Source of the DNA: Dimargaris cristalligena
Taxonomy: Eukaryota
Assembly (NCBI GenBank): GCA_003614675.1
Contig: ML002217.1
Span: 1-64,000 of the forward strand
Reading direction: 5' to 3'
Length of the DNA stretch: 64,000 bases
Position numbers and translations under genes: made by a program. The notes under the pieces were generated by a model. It was not told where the DNA came from, did no database searches, and was given only the letters and a program-made list of their open reading frames with translations. Positions 46,129 through 60,972 of this stretch are shown piece by piece. Each line of letters begins with the position of its first letter. Positions within the stretch are counted from its first letter, which is position 1.

Positions 46129-48375
46129 AAGAAGACATACTGGACTATGCATGTACTTTTCATAACCCTCCCTTTACAACATGTAAAGTAACAGGGGGCT
46201 GGTGAATGTAAAATTATAATATATCGGTAATTTGGCAATGCACAACCATAATTACTATCATTACATACCGCAATCCCCCGAGGGCCCTATCAAGTTCAAG
46301 CAAGTGCATTCCGAATTATCATGGCCATGGCCTTCTTATGTTACACCCATGGTTACATGCTTGTCGAAGTAGAGTAGACTGGGGGAGAACGAGCCCCAGC
46401 CCGCTGTGGGTTCAACAAGTTCACGACTCTAGAACAATAGTCATTCTGGAATGAGCGAAGGTAGGACGCGTCAACTCGGGAATAAGGAATACCGCCAACA
46501 GTCCCTTAGTTCTAGTTTAGCCCGCAGGTTAATGCCAACAATCGAATCTCCAACTGAACTAGTAAAATATCCAGTAATCCGCATGGTCCTCGGAGTCTCT
46601 TCTATTGGAAACCGCCGGTGTATCACTGTAGTGATATCAGGCCGGTTCCTTTATTTGCATTAGCATAGTCTATTCGGCATGCTGATAATCTTCCGATCCT
46701 GTAGTCGACGGCATTGTCAATTTTAAAACCCCATCCTTAATTAAAAGAAATATCCCGATTGGAAAATACTCTCTGAAACCAAGTTTCAATCGATAATGTC
46801 AAACTTGGATCATGGGCACTGTATCTGTAGATCAAGCCGGTCTGGTAAACATTGTCCTAATTTCTAAAATAAACACATACATACCTCTCATTTTTACTCC
46901 GCACTCATCTACAGCTATCATTGCATACTCTTGTAGCAGTGCACCAATCAATATGGTTAATGTCGATCCCAGACCCACACATAAAGTCAACTTTGGGTCA
47001 AGTTCTACATGAGAGGTTGGCTGCTGGTGGCGGTCAGTGCCAACGAAGGTCTAAATATATATATATATCAGGCTAAGTGATCATGTGCGATGTCGAGTGC
47101 GTTTCTTTATGGGAAATAAGCCAGTATCTACTCCATAGTATATTCACCTGATACTATATATGTATAGTATTGCAACCACAGCCTCACCTAGTTTAATATA
47201 CCCCTTAAGCATATGTATCTATGTGTCAGGACTGGTCTAATTCAAGCATGAGTACTGGGAAGGATCAAGGTAAAAAGTATTGGGAATGGGAGTGGCAGGA
47301 TCCTGGTCGACTCATTGAACAATTGCACCTGCAGTCAAATACTTCCTCAGCTTTCCCCACAGGCTAACCGACTCTGGCCATTTGGTAGATTTATCATTGA
47401 TTTTCTGCATTTCCACCTCCATCTCCCTTTCATTAAGTTGTTCTGAAGAATAATAATCCTAAGAAAAAGGGGAATCCCTTTGTCCGTGGCCCAGCCCCTG
47501 GCAGCGAAATGGAACGCCATTCAGTTCAGCTGATTCAGTCCCGTCCCACCCCCATCCATGGTCCAAAGGGCACACACAATATATCCCAAATCTAAGGCTT
47601 CTCTACCTTCCCCATTTTTTCCTCCGTTGTCCCTCCCCTCAGGGTCCACATTCACTAAACACAAAAAATAGAGCCAAAGGTTGGAAAGGGGCGACGAGAG
47701 TGCGTCGGCTTGGGTTAGGCGTTAGGTCTATATACACTTTGGGGCTTTTAACCATTCAGGGCCACCACCGGCCTGTAGCGCAATACCCTTCATCCAACGC
47801 GTCGGAGTGCGGTTGAGGGTCCCAATCCGTCCCGCCACCCTCATCCCATTTTATTTTATTATATCATTTTCATTGCCGGAGACTATCGGCGAATCGTTGG
47901 TTTACAACCTAGTAGCACAAGTTGAATGTGGGAAGGTTGGGTAGGCCAGCGGACGTATACCGGAAGAAAACTAGTTGCTAATTACAACGGTTCGGTCATT
48001 TGATTGGGGGGTGTTTCTTTAAAATGTACTTATTAGATAGGGGGTTAGAATGCACTAATGTACAATTGTAATACTTTAAACAAGGCCCGAATGGCTAATG
48101 TTCTGTATTGATTGGCGAGTAGAAGTCGCAATGTCCGCCTGGGGGTTAATTAAGAGCCTTAGATTGCTTTATCAGGTAGGCTTATCAATAGCCACCGACC
48201 GTTTGAGGCGGCATGTCCGCTTTTATCCATTTACGTCCCTGAAGTCCGACCAGGCCGTCTTAAAGTTCTGTTTGCTGCGCCTAATTCCACAATCCACGCA
48301 GGCAGGTCACAAGTTTTTCGGGTTACCCCAGAGTTGTGAGTTGAGCAATATCGGAGCTGACTTTGTCCATTGATC

Positions 48376-48786
48376 CTACGAAGCGGTAGAAGTAGATGTG
48401 AAAGTAGGTGCCGGGTCATGTGGGTGGGCGTGGTCAGGGTGATGCAGGTAGCGAGGGTGGGACGGGGAAGGGAAGGGGGGGGGGCAACCTGCTATTGTAG
48501 GCATATGGGGCAGTAGTAGTAGTACATGGCGGCAAATCATCGCTACTTTTGCAAACCGGGGGGGGCGTTGGGACGCGGCGGCCGAAACGCACGCCTTCTG
48601 AAGATGCATGGTCAGCTGCAGTTCCATATCGCTAACATTTCGGAAGTCGCCTCCATTATCGATACTGTTTATCGAAGGGTAAACAATAGGATTTCTGGCC
48701 CGACGTAGTCGGCCTAGTGGACCTTGCCTTAATGGCCGTGGTATTAGAGGGTTGGAAGTGGGTGATGCAAGCGGGTACCCGCTCAT
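48376..48786 (-). CDS. Possible small orphan protein (136 aa, Pro/His-rich C-terminus)
   Basis: GC-rich ORF MSGYPLASP... within AT-richer flanks; no motif recognised. Confidence 0.25.
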   Translation of the reverse strand: MSGYPLASPTSNPLIPRPLRQGPLGRLRRARNPIVYPSINSIDNGGDFRNVSDMELQLTMHLQKACVSAAASQRPPRFAKVAMICRHVLLLLPHMPTIAGCPPPFPSPSHPRYLHHPDHAHPHDPAPTFTSTSTAS

Positions 48787-49640
48787 GTGAGCTAGAGTGA
48801 TAAATACGATGGCGTGGGCATAATGGTGGGTTTCTGTTTGAATAGCCGTATAGTTGCCACCAACCATTAAGCATATTCACATAATCGTAATGGAAGGATA
48901 CAATTGGAATATATTTGTAAATGACGCTATATTATCAAAATAAGTGGCCAATTTACAATACAGTCGGGCTAGGTCGGTCAGGGTGCAATGTAATAAAGTG
49001 ATCATCGCCTGAGAGCAAACGGTCTTGGCGGCCCTAATAGGTGCTGGTACCACCCGCCTCGGAAAGGGGTGGACTACTGGGGCTATTGTTGGAGCTACGT
49101 TTCGAATCTATTTCCTTCCTAGTGATAATAGGGTACTTACTGGACCATGCCTTACACAGTTAGTTTGTCCTGACTTATTCCATCATTGCTATTCACTGGT
49201 TAGTCAACCTCTATGAACTTAAACACCCTGTTCACAGTAAATATACAGCGTCACATTGATTTGGTTCAATAACGCACATTATCAGTTACCCCTCCATCAA
49301 TTCTAGAGTATTTGGTCATTATACAGGTTTGGCTGGAGTGATGTGCTATTTTGATTATAATCTGTAAGGCAAGGGGGTGTTCTAAGTGATTCCTTTTCGA
49401 GGGTAGGTTAGCAGTACTTAATATCGGGGTATATTTTGAGTATCCCAGAACCAGTCTCAAACGTATTGATGTAAAGACTAGTTCTTAACTATACTTTTAT
49501 TGCCCCATAGACTACGTGGCCTACCCGATCAATATGATTAAAAGGGGCACATATTGGTACAGATACACTCATTTGCAGGTAAACCCAAACACGATGTATG
49601 ACACTAACCTTGTCAAGGTATACTGTTGTAGGTACCATAT

Positions 49641-49776
49641 GGGAGAGGTTCGACCGGACTGTATAACAAAAAATCCGTAGGATGAAGCTATTACTGCTTG
49701 TTAAAACCAAATCTCCAATATATCTTCCCGTCTGTTCTTTAATTATAGCCTTTTACAGATGCGCTGAATTCCACCC
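49641..49776 (-). mobile_element. MITE-like ~135-bp element, copy E
   Basis: Flanked by ATAT on both sides (49637-49640, 49777-49780); imperfect TIRs GGGAGAGGTTCGACCGGACTGTATAA ... TTTTACAGATGCGCTGAATTCCACCC; collinear with the 51496 copy. Confidence 0.75.
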
Positions 49777-50931
49777 ATATACTACCGAGTTCAGTACTGG
49801 TCGGTAGGCAGGGGTAGTGGCTGGGGATAACGGGTATTTAGAGTGGTTTGTGGAAGTACCCCCATCTCCAGATTAGTGACTAATTAGTCATTGGGATGAG
49901 GGTCAGGGGGTGGGGTAGTCCCACGGAGACGTCGTCTTTGGGGTCTCCCGGGCCGTTCGCCTGCTTAGCTTTTGGGGCAGCGAAGGAGGATGGCGCCAGG
50001 TGTTTTAAGGGCATCTAGTTAGGTACTCTGCTAAGTAGTATCGCGGTAGTAATAGGCAGTCTTAAAAATTGAATGTATCCAATGTGAACTTGGGGTATAG
50101 TAGTTAACTAGGGCTCCTTAAATGACATCCCAAGAAAAAGGGGCAGTATTGCCTGGGCTCTAGGTACAGCCAATATCAAGGTAGGTGGTATACAGTCAGA
50201 CTAGCTTATCCTCTAATATTAATATTATTGAGATTTCAATGACCGAGGGTACTCAATCAGTCAAGTCCAGTTAGCTATAGTTAGGCCTTTTTCAACCACC
50301 TCTATATCGGGTCACCAATACCAATGGGGGGCTACCGTACTGGGGCGCCACTTAGCCTCCTTGGTCTTTTTGGGCCTATTCGAACGGCCCACAAATTAAT
50401 CCATCTAATTCGGAGAGCCCATACATTCCGCGGTTTTATAATCTAAGTTGATCTCGTTTGGCGCGCTTTCATTATTATTACTATTGCCACTATTTGGACC
50501 CAGTTACAAGCTCTGCCCGACTTGGCTCGCGCGAGTTGTAATTACATAAGCCACCCCGCTAGCAAGTGGGGGGGGGGGTAACGTCCATTGAGTTTAGCGA
50601 AACCTGTTTCGTCTTCTATTTTTATTTACATGAGGAGTCGTTACTATGTATACTAAAATAAAGAGTAAATAGAGGATAGCGTCGTTGCTATAGAAGTGTC
50701 CACAGGTAATCTGTACCTTATTTTTAGTCGCCTATAGCCAACGCATTCGCATAAAGGTATACTAAACATCAGTGCATATTTATAATTGACCCATAATTTT
50801 CCATAAGCGCCAATGCAACGTATATATACGGGGGTGCTATTCATAACCATTTATATGTATATATGAGCAAGCCCGTATAGGAGTCGGATTAAATAAAGGT
50901 ATGAGGGGGTTAGGATACCTCCACGCTCTTA

Positions 50932-53107
<2,176 letters not shown>

Positions 53108-54929
53108 AGTGTCGAAACAGGAGAGGTGGGTGAATTTCGGTTATTGGAGAGTTACGGGTCTTTCCACAATGTAGTTCCAAATGGATAAAATGGGTCGAGT
53201 AGAAAACAACCGGAATAGTGCCACAGTTCAAATGCCCGAATATGAAGAGATTGGGTGGGAAGTGGGGGTCAGCAAAAGGGCCCTTGGCCTTGTACCACCC
53301 AGTTAGGGATGGAGGATTCCTTTCCCGCTTTTAGTTGGGGGCAACTCTGAAGGGAGAGGAGGATGTGTGTGTGTGTCCGTTTGTGTGCCCCGCTGTTTTC
53401 ATGGATCAATTGGTGGTGAATGATGTGGGTCTTAATAGTGAGGGTGACACAGGCTGCTGTCTTGGAAGAAGAATAGGGAAGCATAAGGTATAATAAAGGG
53501 ACCTGATTAAGATTTACACTTTTTTAAAATTTCGGTTTAATGCAAGTCCTTTATTTAATACAGCACATTAATAAATTACTTTTTTTAATAGTCTTTATTT
53601 TTATACACAAATTGGCATGCTCATATAGCAAACGTCCCCAATGGATACCAAGTTGTTCATCGACACGCCAGTTCCGGTACAATGATGGGGCGGAAATACG
53701 GCGGTTTTAAGGCCCAAAGGCGAAGCTCCCTAATATCAATATGGTCCCAAGTCTGGAAACAAGCCTGCGACCAAGATGGGTCTGTAAAGCATACCGATTC
53801 CCACCCAACCTAAATAGTATATCACACTATCCTATTAAAGGCTATTAGAGCTGGTTGAATAATTAACCTCAACTCATCAATGGTATCAGACAATACGTTG
53901 GCTACATTCGTCTGTATAGCATAGGAGGAAAGGCTCATACCTGGGTCTATGTATAAGGGGCACATGAATCGATAGACCGTCAGATCATCACTTGATTCTG
54001 CATTTGCGTCAGAAATTGGATGCGCGACTTACTTAGAATCCGTGCTGCTGTGTCGCTGGGAATTTAAAAGTAGTCGATGGCAACCGAGCCGACCCCGTGT
54101 ATTCACGCCACCCCGACATTACCCATTTGGTTTGGCGCGGGGAACCCGGTACTTAATAAAGTCGGGGAATTGGTAGCGCGATGGTGTGGGTGTTTGCGAT
54201 AATGAGTCGTGTGTATTAGACAAAGCCTCCGGCGGTGGGGAGGAGGTGGCATTGGTTGCGTTACAGAATGCGTATCTAAGTTGATGGCAGTTAGCCCATC
54301 TTCTTAGAATCCTGTATTGAAAAGTATATAGCACCTGGTCCAGTGCTGCAGTTTGTAAATTTGGGTGATTATATAACCAGTATGACGGTCACTGAGCCAG
54401 GGGCCACTCCTTAGGCTCATTAATGCACGGCCCTATAGATTCAGGGAGTACATGGAATGCGTTAAAATACGGTAAATTTTGAGGGCTCCAAGGCAAATTT
54501 AATACCCGGGTTTAGTGTGCCCATTGCGTGGTGTAGGTTGGAGTAGATGGCATGGCTATTCTATTAAACCGGTCTGGGAGTGTTTTAGGTTGACGTGGCC
54601 AGCCATCTGATTCTGCACGGGCGTGTGGGGGGGTTTAGGTTACGGCGACGGCTTATCAACCCAGCGCCGTAAGCGACCACATCTCCCTTGACAATAATGA
54701 CTAATCAAGAGGCCCGGCTAAATCCAGGCCCGTTGGTTCCCAAGGCACCTTTCACTCTTCCATGATCATCCCTTATTGGCGATAGCCACCCACCCACCGT
54801 ATTCATAGTATTTTATCTATCAGCCACCCCTCCTATACTACCCATACATATACCAGGGCTATATCTCTCGCTTCCAGCGCGCTACGTTTGCCTCTTCTCT
54901 GTTTTCTTCCCATACTTTGGTGTGTTGCA

Positions 54930-56601
54930 ATGCTTGCAGTTCGTCAACTAGTCCGTAATCTCCCATTGCCCCTCCCGTTACCGCGCCCAGCCCGTCCCCG
55001 TTTTTATTCCGCCATGACTAACCACCCTTCCCAGTCGTCAGTCACCACTAACGCCGCCTTACCCGTTCCTTCCGGCCGGGTTGAGGGTGGCCAATTGGAC
55101 GTCTGGACCCTCTTCAACAACCTCACCGCCCAACACAAGGCCATTAACCTCGGGCAGGGTTTCATGGGCTTCCCTGCCCCCCAATTCGTCAAGGACGCCG
55201 GCAGTGCCGCCGTGCAGGACGAAACGTGCACCCAGTACGCCCCGCCCCGCGGTAAGCCCGAGTTGCGTAACGAGTTGGCCAAGAACTACTCCGCGTTTTT
55301 CGGTCGGACCATTAACCCGGATACGGAAATCGTCGTAGCCGCCGGAGGCAACGAAGGGCTGTTGTGCGTCTTTGCCGCTTTCATGAATCCGGGCGACGAG
55401 GCTATTTTGATGGAGCCGGCTTTTGATCAATACACGGTACGTCAGCCGACCCCCCTCTCCTTATCCCTAATTTTAAGCTAGGTCTCTGATTGCTTACTTC
55501 ACTTCACTTTGGCGGACCTTTTTCAAATTGAATCCAATGCAAAGCTCCGCATGGGGTTCGCATACATCCCGGCATCTCTTATTGATTGAATCCTATGATA
55601 TATATCTCTCTCTATATAAATATGTATATCCATATTGGGTACACGGCGTTGGTCTCGTTAATCGCACCCTCTCCGGTGTCTTCCTCCCTCTATACTGCCT
55701 GGGGATTCATTTCGATGACCAGATGAACCTCAAAATGATCAGCGGTGTACCCAAATTCGTGCCCCTCAAAACCCGCCCCGGCGTTGATCCCGCCCAAGAA
55801 GTCCTTACGGCCGACGACTGGGTGCTAGACATTGCCGCTCTGCGGGCCCAAATCACCCCGCGCACCAAAGTACTGGTGGTGAACACCCCCCACAACCCCA
55901 TTGGCAAAGTCTTCAGCACCGCCGAACTGACCGAAATCGCCGCCGTGGCCCAGGAATTCAACCTGGTGGTACTGAGTGACGAAGTGTACGACCGCCTGAC
56001 CTACGAGGGCAAACCCCACGTCTCCATTGCCACGCTCCCGGGCATGTGGGAACGTACCGTGGTGTCGTGCAGTGCCGGCAAGGCCTTTGGCGTCACCGGC
56101 TGGCGGATCGGTTGGATGATCGGCGCAGAAGCCCTCATCACCCCGTGTTTGCGCGCGCATACCCGCTACGTCTTTACCGTCAATTCCCCCATGCAGGTTG
56201 GCATCGCCCACGCTTTTCAACAAGCCGCCCAAAATGACTTTTTTGCCCGCCAACGCGGCGAATACCTCGCCCGGCGCGACCGTTTCATGCGCGCCCTCGA
56301 TCGGACCGGCCTGGCCTACACCATCCCCCACGGCTCCTACTTCGTCCTGGTCAACACCGGCCGTATCCGTATCCCCGTCGGCTACACCTTCCCCCCCGAA
56401 ATCGCCGACCGTGACCCCTGCTATAAAATGGGCTATTTCTTCACCAAGGAAATCGGCGTCACCGGTATCCCCACTACCGAATTTTACTCCGAAACTAACA
56501 GCCCTTTGGGCCAAGACTACATTCGCTTCGCCTTTTGTAAACCCGACGACGTGTTAGATGCCGCCGCTGAACGGTTGCTGCGGGTTAAGCAGTTCATGTA
56601 A
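54930..56601 (+). CDS. BNA3: Kynurenine aminotransferase / glutamine transaminase K (class I/II PLP aminotransferase), 461 aa; exons 54930-55436 and 55723-56601
   Basis: DVWTLF...AINLGQGF, QYAPPRGKPELR, EPAFDQY, NTPHNPIGKVF, SDEVYD, PLP-lysine SAGKAFGVTGWRIGW, IRFAFCK; one phase-0 GT-AG intron. Confidence 0.92.
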
Positions 56602-57741
56602 ATTGGAACATGGCCAACCATTGATACACTACTCCTTTGGGGGAAAAATATAGGCCCATCCATCTGGGAGGGGGTGTTTCGGCTCTATTCTTAGCTTAGC
56701 TTAGGTGTATTTGATCTACTTGGGTCATTGGTCCTCCCCAATGTATCCGACGTCCATTTATACATTTCGATGATGATTTCCAAATCGACCGTCTCCATAA
56801 ACAGTATTAAGTCTTGTCGACTGCGCTTACATAATTGTAGATATTCTGTTAAATAGTGGGTTTGTTTTGGGAACTAAATATCCCTGGGTCTTTTTTTGAT
56901 ATGATGCTGTTTTATGGAATTTGTCGCGTGACGATTACCGACCCCCCCTCCCCAACGGGTCTCCCTAAAATTCCAACCCGGAATAAACTTAAGTTTAGCT
57001 TGGGAATATCGGTCGGGATAATTACTTGGAGTGTGTAGGTACCCTGGTTGTACTATGTTCCTTTGAAAATCATAAATTACTTTGGTTTCATCCATCACTC
57101 TACAATCGAGCCACTGCTATAGTATAATGCAATAAACGACAAACTGTGTCTACAAAAACGCTATACCAGGTCATTGGAATAGCACACATAAAGGATACGT
57201 CCAAAGTCAGAGCAAACGGATTATATATATATTAATTATTATTATTAGAACTATTATGGTAATTAAACGAATAGGCAAGTACTGAATAACGAAGGCAATG
57301 ATAATACGGTATAGGATGTTCAAAAAACACGCGATGGGATAGCGAGTCAAGTGTGAGGGGGATGTATTCACAAGGACAGGCTAGAATGTAGTAAATAGTG
57401 TATATATAGACACATGTATAAGTGAATCAACAGATGAAGAAAAATAGCGTGTATTTGTAAATGGTGGTGGGTAAAAAGCATCAATTAGGACTGAAATAGG
57501 ATCAAATAAGAGGGTGGGGGAAGGTACTTGCTCCAGTATGGAGGACAGTAAGGCCAAGTAAAAAGGCAGATGCCAATAGGGGGCGGGGTAGTAAAGAAAC
57601 TGGGGTAATTGGGTCTTCGGTATATACAACGCACAAAGTCCAAGGCCAGTTTCCCAGTATACCGTATTCTCATTACCTGCTACTTCCTCCCCTTCGCATA
57701 GAACCAATATACATTGCCAGATACCCGTCGTTTCCTATAGC

Positions 57742-60700
57742 TTAGTTCCACTGCGGGTTGGAACCGGCGGCCCATTCAGCCACATACGAAAAGGACTGGA
57801 ATTCCTCCTGGTCTACCGAATCCAGTACCGTGCTCGTGGGGGTAAGGACAGGTCGTTCCCGGGTGAATTCTTCGTCGAAGTTGGAGATATCCAGGCGGGA
57901 CTTGACTTGTGGAATGTAAGGTGGGGTGACCCGCTTATAGAGGATATCGTCCCAGTTGATACTCTTGAAGAACGGATGGCGCTTGATTTCTTCGGCGTCA
58001 CCGGGGCCCGAGCCCAAACGCTTGGCAGGTTCGCGGGTCAGTAGGCGCTGAAGGATCGAAACGGAATCACGCGACATGTTGATGGGATATAACACTTCTT
58101 CGTCTAAAATCGAATCGAAAATCTCGTCCTCCGTGTCACCCCGGAAGGGAGGCTGGCCAAGCAGCATTTCGTAAATAAGCACACCGAAGGCCCACCAGTC
58201 CACGGCCCGACCGTAGCGCTGTTCCAGAAGAATTTCGGGTGCCATAAACTCAGGGGTACCGCAGAAGGTATTGGTAGCAGCACCGTAGCCCATGTTCTCC
58301 TTACACAGACCGTAGTCCACCACCTTGACATGGCCGTCGGCCGCTAGCAGAATATTGTCCAGCTTCAAATCACGGTAAACGATATTATTGCGGTGGAAGT
58401 ACTCCAGGGCAAGCAAGACCTCGGCGGCATAGAACTTGGCCCGGCGTTCCGAGAAGTTCTGGCGCTGGATATGCCACATGAGATCACCACCACTGATGTA
58501 TTCCATGACGAAGTACAGGCGAGTATCCGACTGGAAGCAGGAGTGTAGACCGATCAGGAAGGGGTGGCGTTCAATATTGGCCACCTGGAAGACTCGCTTC
58601 TCGGACCGCATGCTCTCAAACTCGTCATTCTGGACGATGAATTCCTTCTTGAGCACCTTGATGGCGTACAGCTCTTTGGTAGACTTCTCCTCCGCCAACA
58701 TGACCTTGCCGAAGTTACCCTTACCCAGTACGGCCTTGAGATTAAAATCATTGAGACCCACTTTGCGGAGGACTTGGGCGGACATGGGCTTATTAGGGGG
58801 CGGCATTATAGACTGGCGGCCCATCGAACCCGGAGGGATGGACATATGAGGTTGCATGGGTGGTGGCGGCTGGCCCTGTTGCTGGCCAGACATCCCACTG
58901 AATTGCTGGCTGGGGTGATTATAGCCAGGAGCTCCCGGTTGCTGGAAGTTGTGGCCGGGGAATGGGGGTTGACCGGGTTGCGGCGGGGCACCCTGGGGCT
59001 GTGGGAGGGCCTTGGCATATCCGGAGGGTCCCTGCATGGAGTAAGGCTGCTGGTACTGCAAGTAGCTACTCCGTGGATCGGCCGAGTCCGAGGCAAACGA
59101 CTGCGAACCGTGGGGAACGCTGATGGTGGCCTGACTGAGGTTAGGAATTTCGGGCAAGAGAGAGGTGGAGCCATCATCCCGGGCGGGCGGCAGGTGCGAT
59201 GAGCTTGAGGAATCGGATGAACCGGAATGGGAGGCGGGCTTAACCTTGGACGGAGAGGTAGGGCTGCTCGTCGGGGGCAGGGCCATCGAATGGCGCTTCA
59301 TTTCAGTGAGGAATTGATTGGCAACACTCATCTTCATACCACAGAAATCAGGTACCAGGAGAGAGCAGCTTTCGTGGCATAGCATATTACATTCCGTACA
59401 GCGGCGGTTGTCGCGTTTACCCAGAGCCAACATGTAACCACAGTGGGAGCACCAGCTGGCGGATAAATTGGTGGCGGGGATAAACCGATGGTGGATCCGG
59501 TGGTTGATCTTCTCCTCCTCACGATTAATCTCCGCGTCGCTCTTGGTGATACACTTGGTGACCACCTTGTTGTGGCACTTCTCGTGGCAAAACAAATTAC
59601 AGTCCTCGCACTGGAAACCAACGGAGTTCACCAGGAACTCTTCACACATGGCACACTTCATAATAGTGTAGAAGGGCTTGGGGAAGAATCGATGGCCCTG
59701 GACCACGACCGGGTCGCCCTTGCGCTTACGAACAGCAGCCTTACGGCCCAATCGCGTGGGCTGGCGCTGTGGCTTGGCTTCCTTGACAAAATCGAGCCAC
59801 AGTTCCAGTTGGCCGATGGGTTCCACGTCCCACAGACATTGGATACCCCCACCGTTATAGGCCCGGAAAATTTGGCCAACCGAGGGGGACGAGCCCTGGG
59901 TGCCATGACCAACGGCAAGGCCGCCCGTCGCCTCTCCAGTGGCGGAGCTCTCCCCGCCCTCCAGCTGGGTGGCGGATGCCCAGGCTTGGCCGCCGGTGTT
60001 GTTGCGGACCTGTTGCTTACGCACGTCTTCGTACAGATCGGAAAATTTTACCCACCACATGCCCACCAGGACGTTGCGGTCCACGCGGTCGTACAGTGAG
60101 ATTTCCAGTTCACTACCCTTGTGGACGAGAAGCTCGAATTCCTCGAACCACTTGGCGTTACGGTTGGGTCGGGTGCTGCATTTAACGGCGCCGTCGATTT
60201 TGACCACGGCGTAGGTTTCGACGGGCCGGAAAAGGCGGTTGGGGGCGTGGGTTAAATGGGAAGCCGAAATGATCTTCAGTTTGAGTTTACCTGTCATCGG
60301 GCGACGGATACCGGGGGCCAGGCGGTAGACGTTAGCCGAAATGTCGCCGCTGGTACTGATGTCGTCCTCATCGTCGAGACCCTGGACGTAAAGACTCTGA
60401 TACTTCTTGAGGGCGCGCTCCAGGATCATAATCTTGTCGTTGGTTTCGTTGAGGGCCGATCCGGCAGCGTTGGCGTGGGCAGTCTTACGCTTATCACCGC
60501 GGTTGGATTCCATGCGGTAAATGTTGGTGATGCGATCGGTTCCTTCTTTAAGTTTGCGTTCCACGTCTAACTTGAAGGCGATCTCATGGAGCTTGAGGGA
60601 CACTTTTTGGGTGGATAGTGCCGAATCGGATTTGCGCAGGTCCAAGTTGGAGAAGGATGACCCCCGCGACCGACGGCTCGGGGCACCAGAGGACAGGCCC

Positions 60701-60972
60701 AGGTCACTGCCTCCAGCCAGGGTTTCTGATGTTACCGAAGAGCTCTCCGAACCAGGGGGGTTACGCGACTGTTTTTTGAGCTGCATGCGCTGGAGCTGCT
60801 GTTCGAGGAAATCGATGCGCTTCTCGGACTCCATCAGATTGGTATCGCACTCCTCGAGGGCGTTGCGGTTCTTGAGCTGAGTACGCAGCTGCTTGGCAGC
60901 CTCGTGCATCTTCTGCTCAACGCGGATCTTCTGCCGGATATCATTGATCGTGCTGTCAATGTCGGACATCAT
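57742..60972 (-). CDS. PKC1: Fungal protein kinase C (2x HR1, C2, pseudosubstrate, 2x C1, Q/P-rich linker, AGC kinase), 1076 aa, intronless
   Basis: HR1 coils, C2 (GKLKLKII...AKWFEEF), pseudosubstrate RKAAVRKRK, two C1 zinc fingers, LGKGNFGKV, YRDLKLDN, DYGLCKE, TFCGTPEF, NFDEEFT, hydrophobic motif FQSFSY. Confidence 0.97.
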   Translation of the reverse strand: MMSDIDSTINDIRQKIRVEQKMHEAAKQLRTQLKNRNALEECDTNLMESEKRIDFLEQQLQRMQLKKQSRNPPGSESSSVTSETLAGGSDLGLSSGAPSRRSRGSSFSNLDLRKSDSALSTQKVSLKLHEIAFKLDVERKLKEGTDRITNIYRMESNRGDKRKTAHANAAGSALNETNDKIMILERALKKYQSLYVQGLDDEDDISTSGDISANVYRLAPGIRRPMTGKLKLKIISASHLTHAPNRLFRPVETYAVVKIDGAVKCSTRPNRNAKWFEEFELLVHKGSELEISLYDRVDRNVLVGMWWVKFSDLYEDVRKQQVRNNTGGQAWASATQLEGGESSATGEATGGLAVGHGTQGSSPSVGQIFRAYNGGGIQCLWDVEPIGQLELWLDFVKEAKPQRQPTRLGRKAAVRKRKGDPVVVQGHRFFPKPFYTIMKCAMCEEFLVNSVGFQCEDCNLFCHEKCHNKVVTKCITKSDAEINREEEKINHRIHHRFIPATNLSASWCSHCGYMLALGKRDNRRCTECNMLCHESCSLLVPDFCGMKMSVANQFLTEMKRHSMALPPTSSPTSPSKVKPASHSGSSDSSSSSHLPPARDDGSTSLLPEIPNLSQATISVPHGSQSFASDSADPRSSYLQYQQPYSMQGPSGYAKALPQPQGAPPQPGQPPFPGHNFQQPGAPGYNHPSQQFSGMSGQQQGQPPPPMQPHMSIPPGSMGRQSIMPPPNKPMSAQVLRKVGLNDFNLKAVLGKGNFGKVMLAEEKSTKELYAIKVLKKEFIVQNDEFESMRSEKRVFQVANIERHPFLIGLHSCFQSDTRLYFVMEYISGGDLMWHIQRQNFSERRAKFYAAEVLLALEYFHRNNIVYRDLKLDNILLAADGHVKVVDYGLCKENMGYGAATNTFCGTPEFMAPEILLEQRYGRAVDWWAFGVLIYEMLLGQPPFRGDTEDEIFDSILDEEVLYPINMSRDSVSILQRLLTREPAKRLGSGPGDAEEIKRHPFFKSINWDDILYKRVTPPYIPQVKSRLDISNFDEEFTRERPVLTPTSTVLDSVDQEEFQSFSYVAEWAAGSNPQWN

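Noticed and set aside
49748-49756. GCCTTTTAC, identical to U5 snRNA loop I
   Set aside because: No flanking stem or Sm site; lies within a MITE copy.
58300-58325. DYG instead of DFG in the PKC1 kinase domain
   Set aside because: Normal for fungal Pkc1.
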